Source: Candidatus Eiseniibacteriota bacterium (GTDB lineage Bacteria; Eisenbacteria; RBG-16-71-46). From it: DNA of 64,000 bases. The position numbers and the translations under genes are program-made. The stretch lies in contig JBGAML010000007.1 of NCBI GenBank assembly GCA_044223005.1, positions 1 to 64,000 on the forward strand, written 5' to 3'. Under the pieces are notes generated by a model. That model worked only from the letters and a program-made list of their open reading frames with translations, made no database searches and was not told where the DNA came from. Positions 17,209-30,399 of the stretch are shown here, one piece after another (position 1 is the stretch's first letter; every line of letters starts with the position of its first letter).

Positions 17209-19686
17209 CTATCGAGCGCGCACGAACCGCAGCGTCCGCTCCTCGCTCGCGGTGGCGAGTCGCGCGAAGTAGAGCCCGCTCGCGGCGAGGTGGCCGCGCG
17301 CGTCGGTGCCGTCCCATGCACGCGTCCACTCGCCGGCGCCGAACGCGCCGTCGGCGAGCACGCGCACCTCGCGGCCCGCGGCGTCGTAGATCGCGATCCG
17401 CACGGGCGAGGCCTGCGGCAGCGCGAAGCGCAGGCGCACCGGTCCCGCGGCGGGGCTCGCCGAGGCGAGCGCGAACGCCAGCGCGCGCGGCGCCTCGGGC
17501 TCGTCGACGCCCGCGAGGCCCGTGGGCAGGAGCGTCGCGACCGGCGATTCGTTGCCGTGCACGTCGATCGCGGTCAGCTTGTACCAGCCTGCGGGCGCGC
17601 TCGCTGCGGACCAGCCGTTCACCGCCGGCGTGGCGACGAGGTTGCCGGGGCCGGGCGTGAAGTTGGCCGAGCCACCGCGATAGAGCCGGTAGCCCGAGAG
17701 ATCGGCCTCGCGGTTCGGGTCCCAGTGCAGCGTCGTCAGCCCGGGCGTCCAGCTGCCGGCGAAGGGCGCGGGCGTCGCGGGCGCGAGATTGTCGGCCGAA
17801 TAGCCGCTGTCGGGCAGCGACGCCCACAGCGCGCGCGCGTCGGCGGCCGCGTGCGCCTCGACCATGAACGCCGTGTATGGATTGTGGCCCGCGACCGAGT
17901 CCGAAGCGGTCGGCGCCACCATGCTGTACTGCGCGGCCTGGTGCGCGGGCGTGCTGCCGAGGTACTCCCACGCGTAGTCGGCCGCGGCGTTGCTCGAGGC
18001 GCGGAACACGCGCCGGCCCGCCGCCACGGCGGCCGCGGTCGTCGAGCCGGCGTCGCTCCACGTGCCGGTGCCGCGCTGGACCGCCTGCTGCGCGGCGGTG
18101 ATCGGCGCCTGCCGCCACAGCCAGTACGAGTCGATCCCGTAATCGAGCCGGTTGTCGAGCCAGCTCGCGTTCCACGTCACGCGCACCTGCCCACCCTGGT
18201 CGAAGCGGATGTCCTTGACGCCCGCGCTCGTGGGGCGCGGGTCGCCGAGCGTGACGTAGTCGTCGAAGTGCTGGGCGTAGACCTGGAAGTACGGCAGGCC
18301 GCCCACGAGCGCGTGGGAGTCGTTCCACACCGCGAACGCGCCGCCCGCGCCGTCCGATTGCAGCGCCACCGTGCCCACGTAGCCCCCGGTGATGCCCACG
18401 AGCCGGCCCCCGGGAACGGAGAGGGGCCGCAGGTGGCCGAGGACATCGACGTGGCTCGCCAGGAGGCTGCCGCTCGGCGGCGAGATGGCGTCGCTCCACG
18501 CCGCGATCATGCCGCCGCTCCCGTCGGCGACGAGGTCGTAGGTCCACGGCAGGCCGAGGCTGCCGTTGCAGAGGAAGACGCCGCCGGACGGCCAGCCGGG
18601 CGCCCGCTGGCCATTCCGGTCGAGCCGGCCCGCATACAGGCCGGCGCCCGCGCCCGTCGAACGATTGTCCAGCCAGGCGACGAGGCAGCCGCCGAGGCCG
18701 TCGGGCACGGCGCGGTAGTTCAGCTGCGACGTGAGCGCGTCGAAGAGCACCGGTCCGGGATCCGCCCCCTGGGCACCCGCCGGAGTCATGAACCCGGTGG
18801 TGACGCGCTGGCTGCCGTTGCCGGCGCTCGCATCGACCCAGAAGACTTCGGCGTTCCCGGTTCCGAGCAGGACCACCTGCGGAGACCACTGGTCCGCGGG
18901 GGTGCCCGCGAGGGTCTTGGTGCCGAACGACGACGCGAGCGCCGAGTTGTAGCGTGCACCCATGACGTCGGCGTTGCCGGTCGCGTTGCTCGAGTACGCC
19001 AGGTAGCAGCCGTTCGACCCATCGGAGGTGATCGCGATCTCGGATTGGGTCGCCGCGGAGCGGTCCACGGGCACCGAGGTCACGACGCGTCCCGAGGTCA
19101 CCCGGGCGAGGAACACGTCGATGTCGAGGCCGTTGAAGCGCTGCGCGTAACCGACGAAGGCGCCGCCGAGGCCGTCGGAGCAGGTGGAGATCCAGAGGTT
19201 GTCGAAGTTGACCACCACCACGGCGAGCCCATCGCTCGGCCATCCCGGCGCCACCGAGCCCGACCACAGGACGTGCTGGGCGTAGATGTCGCTGTTCGGC
19301 CGCCCCTGCCGCACCTCGATCCACACCAGCAGCACGCCGCCGGCACCGTCCGGCACCAGTTGCGGAGCATTGCGCTGGCCTGCGGCCGAACACGCGAGCA
19401 CGCCGTCAGCCGGCCAGCCGGAGGCGACCGAGCCGTCGGCGTTCAAACGCTGCACGCGGATCGGCGAGTTGCCCGCGTAGTCCGTGCCGGCCCACGCGAC
19501 GAACATCCCGCCCGCGCCATCGGGCAGCGTCGAGTGCCGGTACTCCAGCGTCTGGTCGAGCGGGATCGTCTGCAGCGGGATCGGGTTCGCGGGGTCGTGG
19601 CCCCAGGCCGCGAACGCGACGCGGGAGGCGAGCAGGAAGAGCGCGATGCAGGTGAGCGCGGCGAGTCTCAGGGGCAGCGGGCGCAT
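17209..19686 (-). CDS. Secreted beta-propeller-repeat protein with FN3-like and C-terminal FlgD-Ig/T9SS-like domain (paralog B)
   Basis: Signal peptide (VAFA/AW), about 8 DGxGG repeats, C-terminal region nearly identical to paralog A; GGAGG RBS. Confidence 0.85.
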   Translation of the reverse strand: MRPLPLRLAALTCIALFLLASRVAFAAWGHDPANPIPLQTIPLDQTLEYRHSTLPDGAGGMFVAWAGTDYAGNSPIRVQRLNADGSVASGWPADGVLACSAAGQRNAPQLVPDGAGGVLLVWIEVRQGRPNSDIYAQHVLWSGSVAPGWPSDGLAVVVVNFDNLWISTCSDGLGGAFVGYAQRFNGLDIDVFLARVTSGRVVTSVPVDRSAATQSEIAITSDGSNGCYLAYSSNATGNADVMGARYNSALASSFGTKTLAGTPADQWSPQVVLLGTGNAEVFWVDASAGNGSQRVTTGFMTPAGAQGADPGPVLFDALTSQLNYRAVPDGLGGCLVAWLDNRSTGAGAGLYAGRLDRNGQRAPGWPSGGVFLCNGSLGLPWTYDLVADGSGGMIAAWSDAISPPSGSLLASHVDVLGHLRPLSVPGGRLVGITGGYVGTVALQSDGAGGAFAVWNDSHALVGGLPYFQVYAQHFDDYVTLGDPRPTSAGVKDIRFDQGGQVRVTWNASWLDNRLDYGIDSYWLWRQAPITAAQQAVQRGTGTWSDAGSTTAAAVAAGRRVFRASSNAAADYAWEYLGSTPAHQAAQYSMVAPTASDSVAGHNPYTAFMVEAHAAADARALWASLPDSGYSADNLAPATPAPFAGSWTPGLTTLHWDPNREADLSGYRLYRGGSANFTPGPGNLVATPAVNGWSAASAPAGWYKLTAIDVHGNESPVATLLPTGLAGVDEPEAPRALAFALASASPAAGPVRLRFALPQASPVRIAIYDAAGREVRVLADGAFGAGEWTRAWDGTDARGHLAASGLYFARLATASEERTLRFVRAR

Positions 19687-19861
19687 GGGGCCTCCGGACG
19701 GGAACGGGCGAGGGTGCGGACGGCGCGGGGGAGGAATCGATGCTGCGAACCCCCTCGCTTCTGGGACAACGTGCGAGTGCTCGCGATCGTTCGCGTTGAC
19801 TTGACCTTCCGGGCGCGGGCCGGGGCCGGCGCCGGGCGAAGACCCGCCCGCGATTCCGCCC

Positions 19862-19890
19862 TTGCCGGCTACTGCACACTTGTGTAGTAT
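19862..19890 (+). promoter_or_regulatory. recA sigma70-type promoter with overlapping palindromic operator (candidate LexA box)
   Basis: TTGCCG-N17-TAGTAT; imperfect palindrome TACTGCACACTTGTGTAGTA at 19870-19889. Confidence 0.7.
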
Positions 19891-20006
19891 GCCCGCATTG
19901 CTTCACGGCGGGAGCGGCCGAGGCCCGACGGACGTGCCCGGGCCCGCCGCCACCGCCACCATCCCCGCACCCGCAGTTCGCAGCCCCTGCGAAGGAGACG
20001 CAGCCG

Positions 20007-21146
<1,140 letters not shown>

Positions 21147-21173
21147 CGACACGATTCCTCGCATCGCAGACGC

Positions 21174-21203
21174 CAGGGGCGGCCCCGCACGGGACCGCCC
21201 CTG
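21174..21203 (+). terminator. Hairpin after recA
   Basis: CAGGGGCGG...CCGCCCCTG stem; no clear U-tract. Confidence 0.45.
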
Positions 21204-21225
21204 CGCACTTCCGGAGATTCGCTCG

Positions 21226-21753
21226 ATGTCCGCGACGACCGCGCTTCTCGTGATCGACGTGCAGGTGAACATGTTCGACCCCGCGAACCCGTGCGCGGGC
21301 GGCGATGCGCTGCTCGCGCGTGTCGGCGACCTCGTCGCGCGGGCGCGTGCGGCGGGCGCGCCGATCGTCTACGTCCGCAACTGCGGCGGCCCCGGCGATC
21401 CCGACCAGGAAGGTACGCCGGGCTGGCAGCTGCACCCTTCGCTGCGCCCCGCGGCCGGCGAGCCGGTGCTGGACAAGCGCACGTGCGACACGTTCGCGAG
21501 CACGATGCTGGCGAGCGAACTCTCCGGGCGCGGCGTGGATGCGGTCGTGATCGCCGGGCTGCAGTCGGAGTTCTGCGTGCGCGAGACGGCGCTCGGCGCG
21601 CTCGCGCGCGGGCTCGCAGTGACGCTGGTCTCCGACGCGCACTCCACGTTCGGGGGCGGCGATCGTACGGCGGCGGCGCTCTCGGCCGAGGTCGAGGCCG
21701 AGCTCTCGGAGCGCGCGGCCATCACGCCGTCGGCGGCGGTGACGTTCGCGTGA
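21226..21753 (+). CDS. Isochorismatase-family cysteine hydrolase
   Basis: ALLVIDVQ, K...DTF, GLQSEFCVRET, LVSDAHST. Confidence 0.9.
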   Translation: MSATTALLVIDVQVNMFDPANPCAGGDALLARVGDLVARARAAGAPIVYVRNCGGPGDPDQEGTPGWQLHPSLRPAAGEPVLDKRTCDTFASTMLASELSGRGVDAVVIAGLQSEFCVRETALGALARGLAVTLVSDAHSTFGGGDRTAAALSAEVEAELSERAAITPSAAVTFA

Positions 21754-21818
21754 GCCGCGGCCGGGGTACGCCGATCGGCCCCCTGTCGGCCCGCCCCCGC
21801 GTGTCCTAGGGTAAGTGC

Positions 21819-22520
21819 ATGCAACCGTTCCCGAATCCGGGTTCCGCGACGGCGCCGGGCCGGCGGCCGGCGATCGTGCCGAGCGTGCTGGTCAACGTCC
21901 TGCTGCCGCTCCTGCTCATGGGGCTCGCGTGGCGGCTCGACATCGCGGGCTTCTACCGCTCGTGGATCCGTGCGGCGGCGGCGCTGCTGTTCGTGCTGCC
22001 CAACTTCGTCGCGATCGCGTTCACGACCGGCTACGACGCCCACGCGCGTCCCTCCGGCGAGAGCCCGTGGGTGCTGATGTCGGCGAACCTCGTCTCCAAC
22101 CTCGGCATGCTGGGCACGATCTTCATGGACGCGATGGGCTGGTGGCGACTTCCCGGCGGCGAGGGCGTGCGCGTGGCGGGGCTCGTGGTGTTCGCGCTGG
22201 GGACGGCGTTCCGGGTCGCGACCATGCTCGCGCTGGGCCGCATGTTCTCGCTGCGCGTCTCGGTGGCCGCGGATCACCGGCTCGTCACGTCCGGACTCTA
22301 CGCGCGCGTGCGTCATCCGAGCTACACGTCGGTGATCGTGCTCTGCATCGGCATCGCGCTCACGTTCCGCAGCTGGTTCTACGTGCTGCTGATCCCCTCG
22401 ATGATCTTCGGGCTCACACGCCGCATGGCGGTGGAGGAGCGCTTCATGCTCGAACACTTCGGCGAGGAGTACAGCGCCTACATGGCGCGCACGAAGCGCC
22501 TCGTGCCGGGGCTCTGGTGA
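21819..22520 (+). CDS. Isoprenylcysteine carboxyl methyltransferase (ICMT/PEMT)-family membrane protein
   Basis: HRLVTSGLYARVRHPSY, EERFMLEHFGEEY. Confidence 0.88.
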   Translation: MQPFPNPGSATAPGRRPAIVPSVLVNVLLPLLLMGLAWRLDIAGFYRSWIRAAAALLFVLPNFVAIAFTTGYDAHARPSGESPWVLMSANLVSNLGMLGTIFMDAMGWWRLPGGEGVRVAGLVVFALGTAFRVATMLALGRMFSLRVSVAADHRLVTSGLYARVRHPSYTSVIVLCIGIALTFRSWFYVLLIPSMIFGLTRRMAVEERFMLEHFGEEYSAYMARTKRLVPGLW

Positions 22521-23041
22521 GCGCGTTCCGCGGGCGTCGCGATTCGGACGCCGAGCCGGATCCGGATCCGGAGCACGCGCGTGAGGCCGCGCTCAAGCTG
22601 CTCGAGCGCTCGCGACGAACCCGCTCGGACCTCGTGAAGCGGCTGCGCGACAAGGGCCACACCCCGGCGGCGATCGACGAGGCGCTCGACCGGCTGGCGC
22701 GCGTCGGACTGGTCGACGACACCGAGTACGCTCGCGCGTTCCTCGCCGGGCGCTGGGGACGCCGGCCGTCGGGCTGGACGCGCCTGCGGCAGGAACTGCG
22801 CGCTCGCGGGGTCGACGACGAGGCGATCGAGGCCGCGCGGGCCCAGGTCGCCGAGCGCGAGGGCGGTGTCGACGAACTGGCTGCCGCGAGCAAACTGGTC
22901 GCACAGGCGGCGAGGCGTTACGCCGGGCTCGAACCGCGCGTGCGCAAGCAGCGGCTCTACGCGCTGCTCGCGCGCCGGGGGTTCGACGGCGACGTCATCC
23001 GCCGCGCCCTCGCATTGCCGGAGGGCGGCGAGTCCGACTGA
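22517..23041 (+). CDS. recX: Regulatory protein RecX
   Basis: ALKLLERSRRTRSDL, GLVDDTEYARAF, LRQELRARGV, LARRGF; GTGA overlap with the upstream gene. Confidence 0.9.
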   Translation: MSAFRGRRDSDAEPDPDPEHAREAALKLLERSRRTRSDLVKRLRDKGHTPAAIDEALDRLARVGLVDDTEYARAFLAGRWGRRPSGWTRLRQELRARGVDDEAIEAARAQVAEREGGVDELAAASKLVAQAARRYAGLEPRVRKQRLYALLARRGFDGDVIRRALALPEGGESD

Positions 23042-23464
23042 TCCGCGGCCGCGCGCGGTGAAGTCGCGCATCGAGAGGCGCCTCGAACGCTTCCCGGATC
23101 GGCCGCACGGCCCACCGGGACGCCCCGCGTCGGTGGTCGCCCCCCACTGCACCCTCAATACCGCTTCATGGCATCGACATGGAGCCAGTATTCGTGTGAA
23201 TCAAGTTCCGTTCACCTCTACGAGAGGTATGTAGAACAATTCCTTGACCGGTGTTCGGCGGGTGTACGACTCTATGAGATAAGCGGATGTGTTCGGATGC
23301 GTCGGCGCAGGTCCTCGATCGCGAGGACGCGCGGACGAACCGAATTGGCTCTCCCGATCTCACCCCCAGGGACGGGAGCCCCGGGCCCACCCGGCATCCG
23401 TGAGCCGATCGGGCTGAGCCTTTCAGCCGCTGTCTCCCCCTTGCAGGTCCGACCGGAGGACAAC

Positions 23465-26239
<2,775 letters not shown>

Positions 26240-26253
26240 TTGCGCCGCACGCA

Positions 26254-26294
26254 ACGGGCGGCCACTCCCGCGAGGGGGTGGCCGTCCGTCTTTT
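26254..26294 (+). terminator. Rho-independent terminator after the S8 peptidase
   Basis: ACGGGCGGCCACTCCC-GCGA-GGGGGTGGCCGTCCGT followed by CTTTT. Confidence 0.8.
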
Positions 26295-26468
26295 CGCCGG
26301 GGCCGGCCCTCGCGCCGAGCGCCGGGTGCGCCGCCGCCGGCAGGGCTTCCGGGGGCCGCGGGCGCGGCTGACCGGGGAGGGGGTTTTCCGCTATCCTGCC
26401 CCGGATTCCGACTTCATCGTGCCCGGCGCGGCCGCACGGCCGTCGCCCGACTTCATTGTGGGAGACCG

Positions 26469-29186
26469 ATGTCCGACGCCCCGATGCTCCAGACCGGCGC
26501 CGCCCTCCGCCGCGCGTTCCTCGACTTCTTCGTGCGGAACGGACACGCCGAGGTGCCGTCCTCGCCGCTCGTGCCGCACGGCGACCCGACGCTCATGTTC
26601 ACGACCGCCGGCATGGTGCAGTTCAAGCCGTACTACACGGCGACCGGCGACGTGCCGTACACGCGCGCGGTGTCGGTGCAGAAGTGCCTGCGGCTGACCG
26701 ACCTCGACAACGTCGGCCTGACCCCGCGGCACGACACGTTCTTCGAGATGCTCGGCAACTTCTCGTTCGGGCCGAAGGCGAAGGGCGCCTACTTCAAGGA
26801 AGAGGCGACCGCGCTCGCGTGGGAGTTCGTGACCAAGGTCCTCGGACTGCCGAAGGAGCGGCTCTTCGTCTCGATCTTCGGCGGCGAACCGGGCGTGCCG
26901 CGCGACGACGAAGCCGCCGAACTCTGGAAAAAGCTCGGGCTCGCGGCGGACCACCTGGTCGCGCTCGGCCGCAAGGACAACTTCTGGGGCCCCGCCGGCG
27001 GCGCCGGCGCCTGTGGCCCGTGCAGCGAGATCTACTTCGACCTCGGCGAGAAGCGTCCCGACTACCTGCCCGAGGGCGCCTTCTGGGGCGAGTCGGCGGG
27101 CGACGCGGGCGACCGGTTCATGGAGTTCTGGAACCTCGTCTTCCCGCAGTTCGACGCGCAGCCCGACGGCACGCTGAACCTGTTGCCCAATCCCGGGATC
27201 GACACCGGCATGGGCATCGAGCGCCTCGCGCTGATCCTGCAGGGCAAGAACACCATCTTCGAGACCGACCTGTTCGCGCCGCTCGTCGACGCGGTGCTGT
27301 CGCAGGCCGGGTCGCCCGCGGACCGCAAGGCGGCGCTGCGCGACGCGCGCATCATCGCGGACCACGTGCGTGCGCTGACGTTCGCGATCGCCGAGGGCGC
27401 GCTGCCCGGCAACGAGGGCGCGGGCTACGTGCTGCGCCGGCTGCTGCGGCGCGCGGTGACGCGCGGCCGCTCCCGTCAGGGGCTCGCGATCGCGGATGCA
27501 TTCCTGCCGCGCGTCGCCGAGCGCGCGATCGCGCAGTTCGGCGGTCACTACCAGGAACTGGTGCAGCATCGCGATCGCGTTCTGCGCGTGCTCGAACAGG
27601 AAGAGACGGGCTTCGGCCAGACGTACGAGGCGGGGATCGACCGGCTCGAGGAACTGCTCGGCAAGGGTGCGAAGCGGATCGCGGGCACGGAGGCGTTCCT
27701 GCTGCACGACACGTACGGCTTCCCGATCGAGCTCACCCAGGAGATCGCCGCGGACCGCGGGGTCGAAGTGGACACCGACGGCTTCGAGCGCGCGATGGAC
27801 GAGCAGCGCACCCGCGCGCGCGCCGCGAGCAAGTTCGCGAAGGACGGCGACGATGCGCGTGTGCCGTGGACCGTGGTGAAGACGGGCGCCGACTCGCGCT
27901 TCACGGGCTACGACTCGCTGGCCGAGACCGGTGTGGCGATCGCACGCTGGCGCGCACGCGGGGACGAGCTCGAGCTGGTGCTCGACCGGACGCCCTGCTA
28001 CGCCGAGTCCGGCGGTCAGGTCGCCGACCGCGGTTCGCTGCGCGGCACCGGCGTGGTCGCGGTGATGCAGCACGTGTACCGCGAGGACGACGCGATCGTG
28101 CATCGCGTGCGGCTGGCCGAGGGCACGCGCGAAGCGCTGCTTCAGGCGGCCGCGTCGGGGGCGCTCTCGGTGGTCGTCGACCCCGCGCATCGTGCGCCGA
28201 CCCAGCGCCATCACACCGCGACGCACCTGCTGCACGCGGCGTTGCGGCACACGCTGGGCACCCACGTGCACCAGGCCGGCTCGCTGGTGTCGCCGGAGCG
28301 GCTGCGGTTCGACTACGCGCACTTCGAGGCGCCCTCCGACGTCCAGCTGGGCGAGATCGAGACGCGCGTCAACGACTGGGTGCTCGCGAACCAGCTGGTG
28401 AGCTGGAAGGTGATGCCGATCGACGAGGCCAAGGCGCAGGGCGCCATGGCGCTCTTCGGCGAGAAGTACGGCGCCGAGGTGCGCATGGTCACCGTGGACG
28501 GCGTGCCCGATGCGGGCATCGAGCCGAGCCGCGAGCTCTGCGGTGGTACGCACGTCGCGCGCACCGGCGACATCGGCGCGTTCGTCCTGGTCGCCGACTC
28601 GGCGATCGCGAGCGGCGTGCGCCGTGTCGAGGCGCTCTGCGGCGCGCAGGCGCTGGCGTGGCTCAAGGAGCGCAGCCAGCTGCTGCACGAGGCCGAGCGC
28701 GCCCTGCAGGCGCCGGCGGTGCAGGTGCCGGTGCAGATCGAGAAGCTGAAGGGCGAGCTCGCCGAGGCGCGCAAGGCGCAGGCCGAGGCGAGCAAGCAGG
28801 GACTCGAGGCCGAGTTCGCCAAGCTCGCTTCCGGTGCGACCGCCGCGCCGGGCGGGCGCTGGATCGTGGCCGAGCTCGCGTCGGGCGCGGACACCAACGC
28901 GGCGCGCGACGCGGCCGACAAGCTGCGCGGCGCACTCGGCACGGGCGCCGCGGTGCTGGCGCTGCAGAACGACGGCAAGCTCACGTTCCTCGCCGCGGTC
29001 ACGGACGACCTGGTGAAGGACAAGAAGCTCAGCGCGTCGGACCTCGTGAAGAAGGTGGCGCAGGTCACGGGCGGGAGCGGCGGCGGCAAGCCGCACCTCG
29101 CGCTCGCGGGTGGCAAGGACGCCGGCAAGCTCGGCGAGGCACTGGCGGAGGCGCGCCGGCTGCTCGCGGAAGCGCTCGGAGGCTGA
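26469..29186 (+). CDS. alaS: Alanine--tRNA ligase
   Basis: DPTLMFTTAGMVQFK, HDTFFEMLGNFSFG, GPCSEI, DTGMGIERL, HTATHLLH, ELCGGTHV, GGSGGGKP. Confidence 0.99.
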   Translation: MSDAPMLQTGAALRRAFLDFFVRNGHAEVPSSPLVPHGDPTLMFTTAGMVQFKPYYTATGDVPYTRAVSVQKCLRLTDLDNVGLTPRHDTFFEMLGNFSFGPKAKGAYFKEEATALAWEFVTKVLGLPKERLFVSIFGGEPGVPRDDEAAELWKKLGLAADHLVALGRKDNFWGPAGGAGACGPCSEIYFDLGEKRPDYLPEGAFWGESAGDAGDRFMEFWNLVFPQFDAQPDGTLNLLPNPGIDTGMGIERLALILQGKNTIFETDLFAPLVDAVLSQAGSPADRKAALRDARIIADHVRALTFAIAEGALPGNEGAGYVLRRLLRRAVTRGRSRQGLAIADAFLPRVAERAIAQFGGHYQELVQHRDRVLRVLEQEETGFGQTYEAGIDRLEELLGKGAKRIAGTEAFLLHDTYGFPIELTQEIAADRGVEVDTDGFERAMDEQRTRARAASKFAKDGDDARVPWTVVKTGADSRFTGYDSLAETGVAIARWRARGDELELVLDRTPCYAESGGQVADRGSLRGTGVVAVMQHVYREDDAIVHRVRLAEGTREALLQAAASGALSVVVDPAHRAPTQRHHTATHLLHAALRHTLGTHVHQAGSLVSPERLRFDYAHFEAPSDVQLGEIETRVNDWVLANQLVSWKVMPIDEAKAQGAMALFGEKYGAEVRMVTVDGVPDAGIEPSRELCGGTHVARTGDIGAFVLVADSAIASGVRRVEALCGAQALAWLKERSQLLHEAERALQAPAVQVPVQIEKLKGELAEARKAQAEASKQGLEAEFAKLASGATAAPGGRWIVAELASGADTNAARDAADKLRGALGTGAAVLALQNDGKLTFLAAVTDDLVKDKKLSASDLVKKVAQVTGGSGGGKPHLALAGGKDAGKLGEALAEARRLLAEALGG

Positions 29187-29191
29187 CGGCC

Positions 29192-29278
29192 GTGAGCTGG
29201 ATCGAACTGGCGTTCCTGATCCTCCTCGGTGTCTTCATCATCGCGGGATTCCTCATCTTTCTCCGGAGGCTGGAGTGA
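29192..29278 (+). CDS. Small single-TM peptide, 28 aa (MSWIELAFLILLGVFIIAGFLIFLRRLE)
   Basis: GGAGG upstream, GTG start, GC3-biased codons, hydrophobic core with basic tail, stop overlaps the next start (GTGA). Confidence 0.65.
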   Translation: MSWIELAFLILLGVFIIAGFLIFLRRLE

Positions 29279-30399
29279 AGGCACTCGTCCTCGCCGGCGG
29301 CCGCGGTACGCGGCTGCGCCCGATCACGCACACGCGCGCCAAGCAGCTGGTGCCGGTCGCGAACAAGCCGGTGCTCCACTACGGCCTCGAAGCCATCGCG
29401 GCCGCGGGGATCCGCGAGGTGGGCATCATCGTCAGCGATCCGCGCGAACTGCTGCAGCCGGATCACCGCACGGGCGAGCTCGTCACCGTGCTCGTGAACT
29501 CGCAGGCCGAGATCCGCGCCGACGTCGGCGACGGGTCGCGATTCGGGCTGAAGGTCACCTACATCGAGCAGGAAGCGCCGCTCGGCCTCGCGCACGCGGT
29601 CAAGATCTCCGAGGAGTTCATGGCGGGCGATTCGTTCGTCATGTACCTCGGCGACAACCTCATCAAGGACGGCGTCACGCCGTTCGTGCGCGAGTTCGAG
29701 CGCGAGAAGCCCGAGGCGCAGATCCTGCTCGCGCAGGTCGCACGACCGTGGGAGTTCGGCGTCGCCGAGCTGCAGGGCGATCGCGTCGTGCGGCTCGAGG
29801 AGAAGCCGAAGCAGCCGCGCAGCGACCTCGCGCTCGTGGGCGTCTACCTGTTCACGAAGTCGATCTTCGACGCGGTGCGCGCGATCCAGCCCTCGCCGCG
29901 CGGCGAGCTCGAGATCACGGACGCCATCCAGCACCTGATCACGACCGGGAAGAACGTCCGCTCGCACGTGATCCGCGGCTGGTGGAAGGACACGGGCCGC
30001 GTCGAGGACCTGCTCGAGGCGAACCGGATCGTGCTCGCGGACTTGGTCGCGAAGAACGAGGGCTCGGTGGACGAGCACACCGTGGTCGAAGGTCCGGTGC
30101 AGATCGGCCCGGGCACCGTGGTGGAACGCTCGCACCTGCGCGGTCCGCTCGTGATCGGCGCCGGCGCACGCGTGACGGATTCGTACCTCGGGCCTTTCAG
30201 CGCGATCGCCGACGGCGTCGTGCTCTCGGAGTGCGAGATCGAGCACTCGATCGTGCTCGACCGCAGCGAGATCCGCGACATCCCCGGCCGCATCGAGTCG
30301 AGCCTCATCGGCCGCGATGTTGTCGTGACGGCGAGCGACGCCCGCCCGAGCGCGCACCGGCTGATGCTCGGCGACTCGAGCCGCGTGGAGCTTGCGTGA
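29275..30399 (+). CDS. rfbA: Glucose-1-phosphate thymidylyltransferase (long form)
   Basis: LAGGRGTRLRPIT, KQLVPVANKP, PLGLAHA, YLGDN, EKP, RGELEITDA; hexapeptide C-terminus. Confidence 0.93.
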   Translation: MKALVLAGGRGTRLRPITHTRAKQLVPVANKPVLHYGLEAIAAAGIREVGIIVSDPRELLQPDHRTGELVTVLVNSQAEIRADVGDGSRFGLKVTYIEQEAPLGLAHAVKISEEFMAGDSFVMYLGDNLIKDGVTPFVREFEREKPEAQILLAQVARPWEFGVAELQGDRVVRLEEKPKQPRSDLALVGVYLFTKSIFDAVRAIQPSPRGELEITDAIQHLITTGKNVRSHVIRGWWKDTGRVEDLLEANRIVLADLVAKNEGSVDEHTVVEGPVQIGPGTVVERSHLRGPLVIGAGARVTDSYLGPFSAIADGVVLSECEIEHSIVLDRSEIRDIPGRIESSLIGRDVVVTASDARPSAHRLMLGDSSRVELA

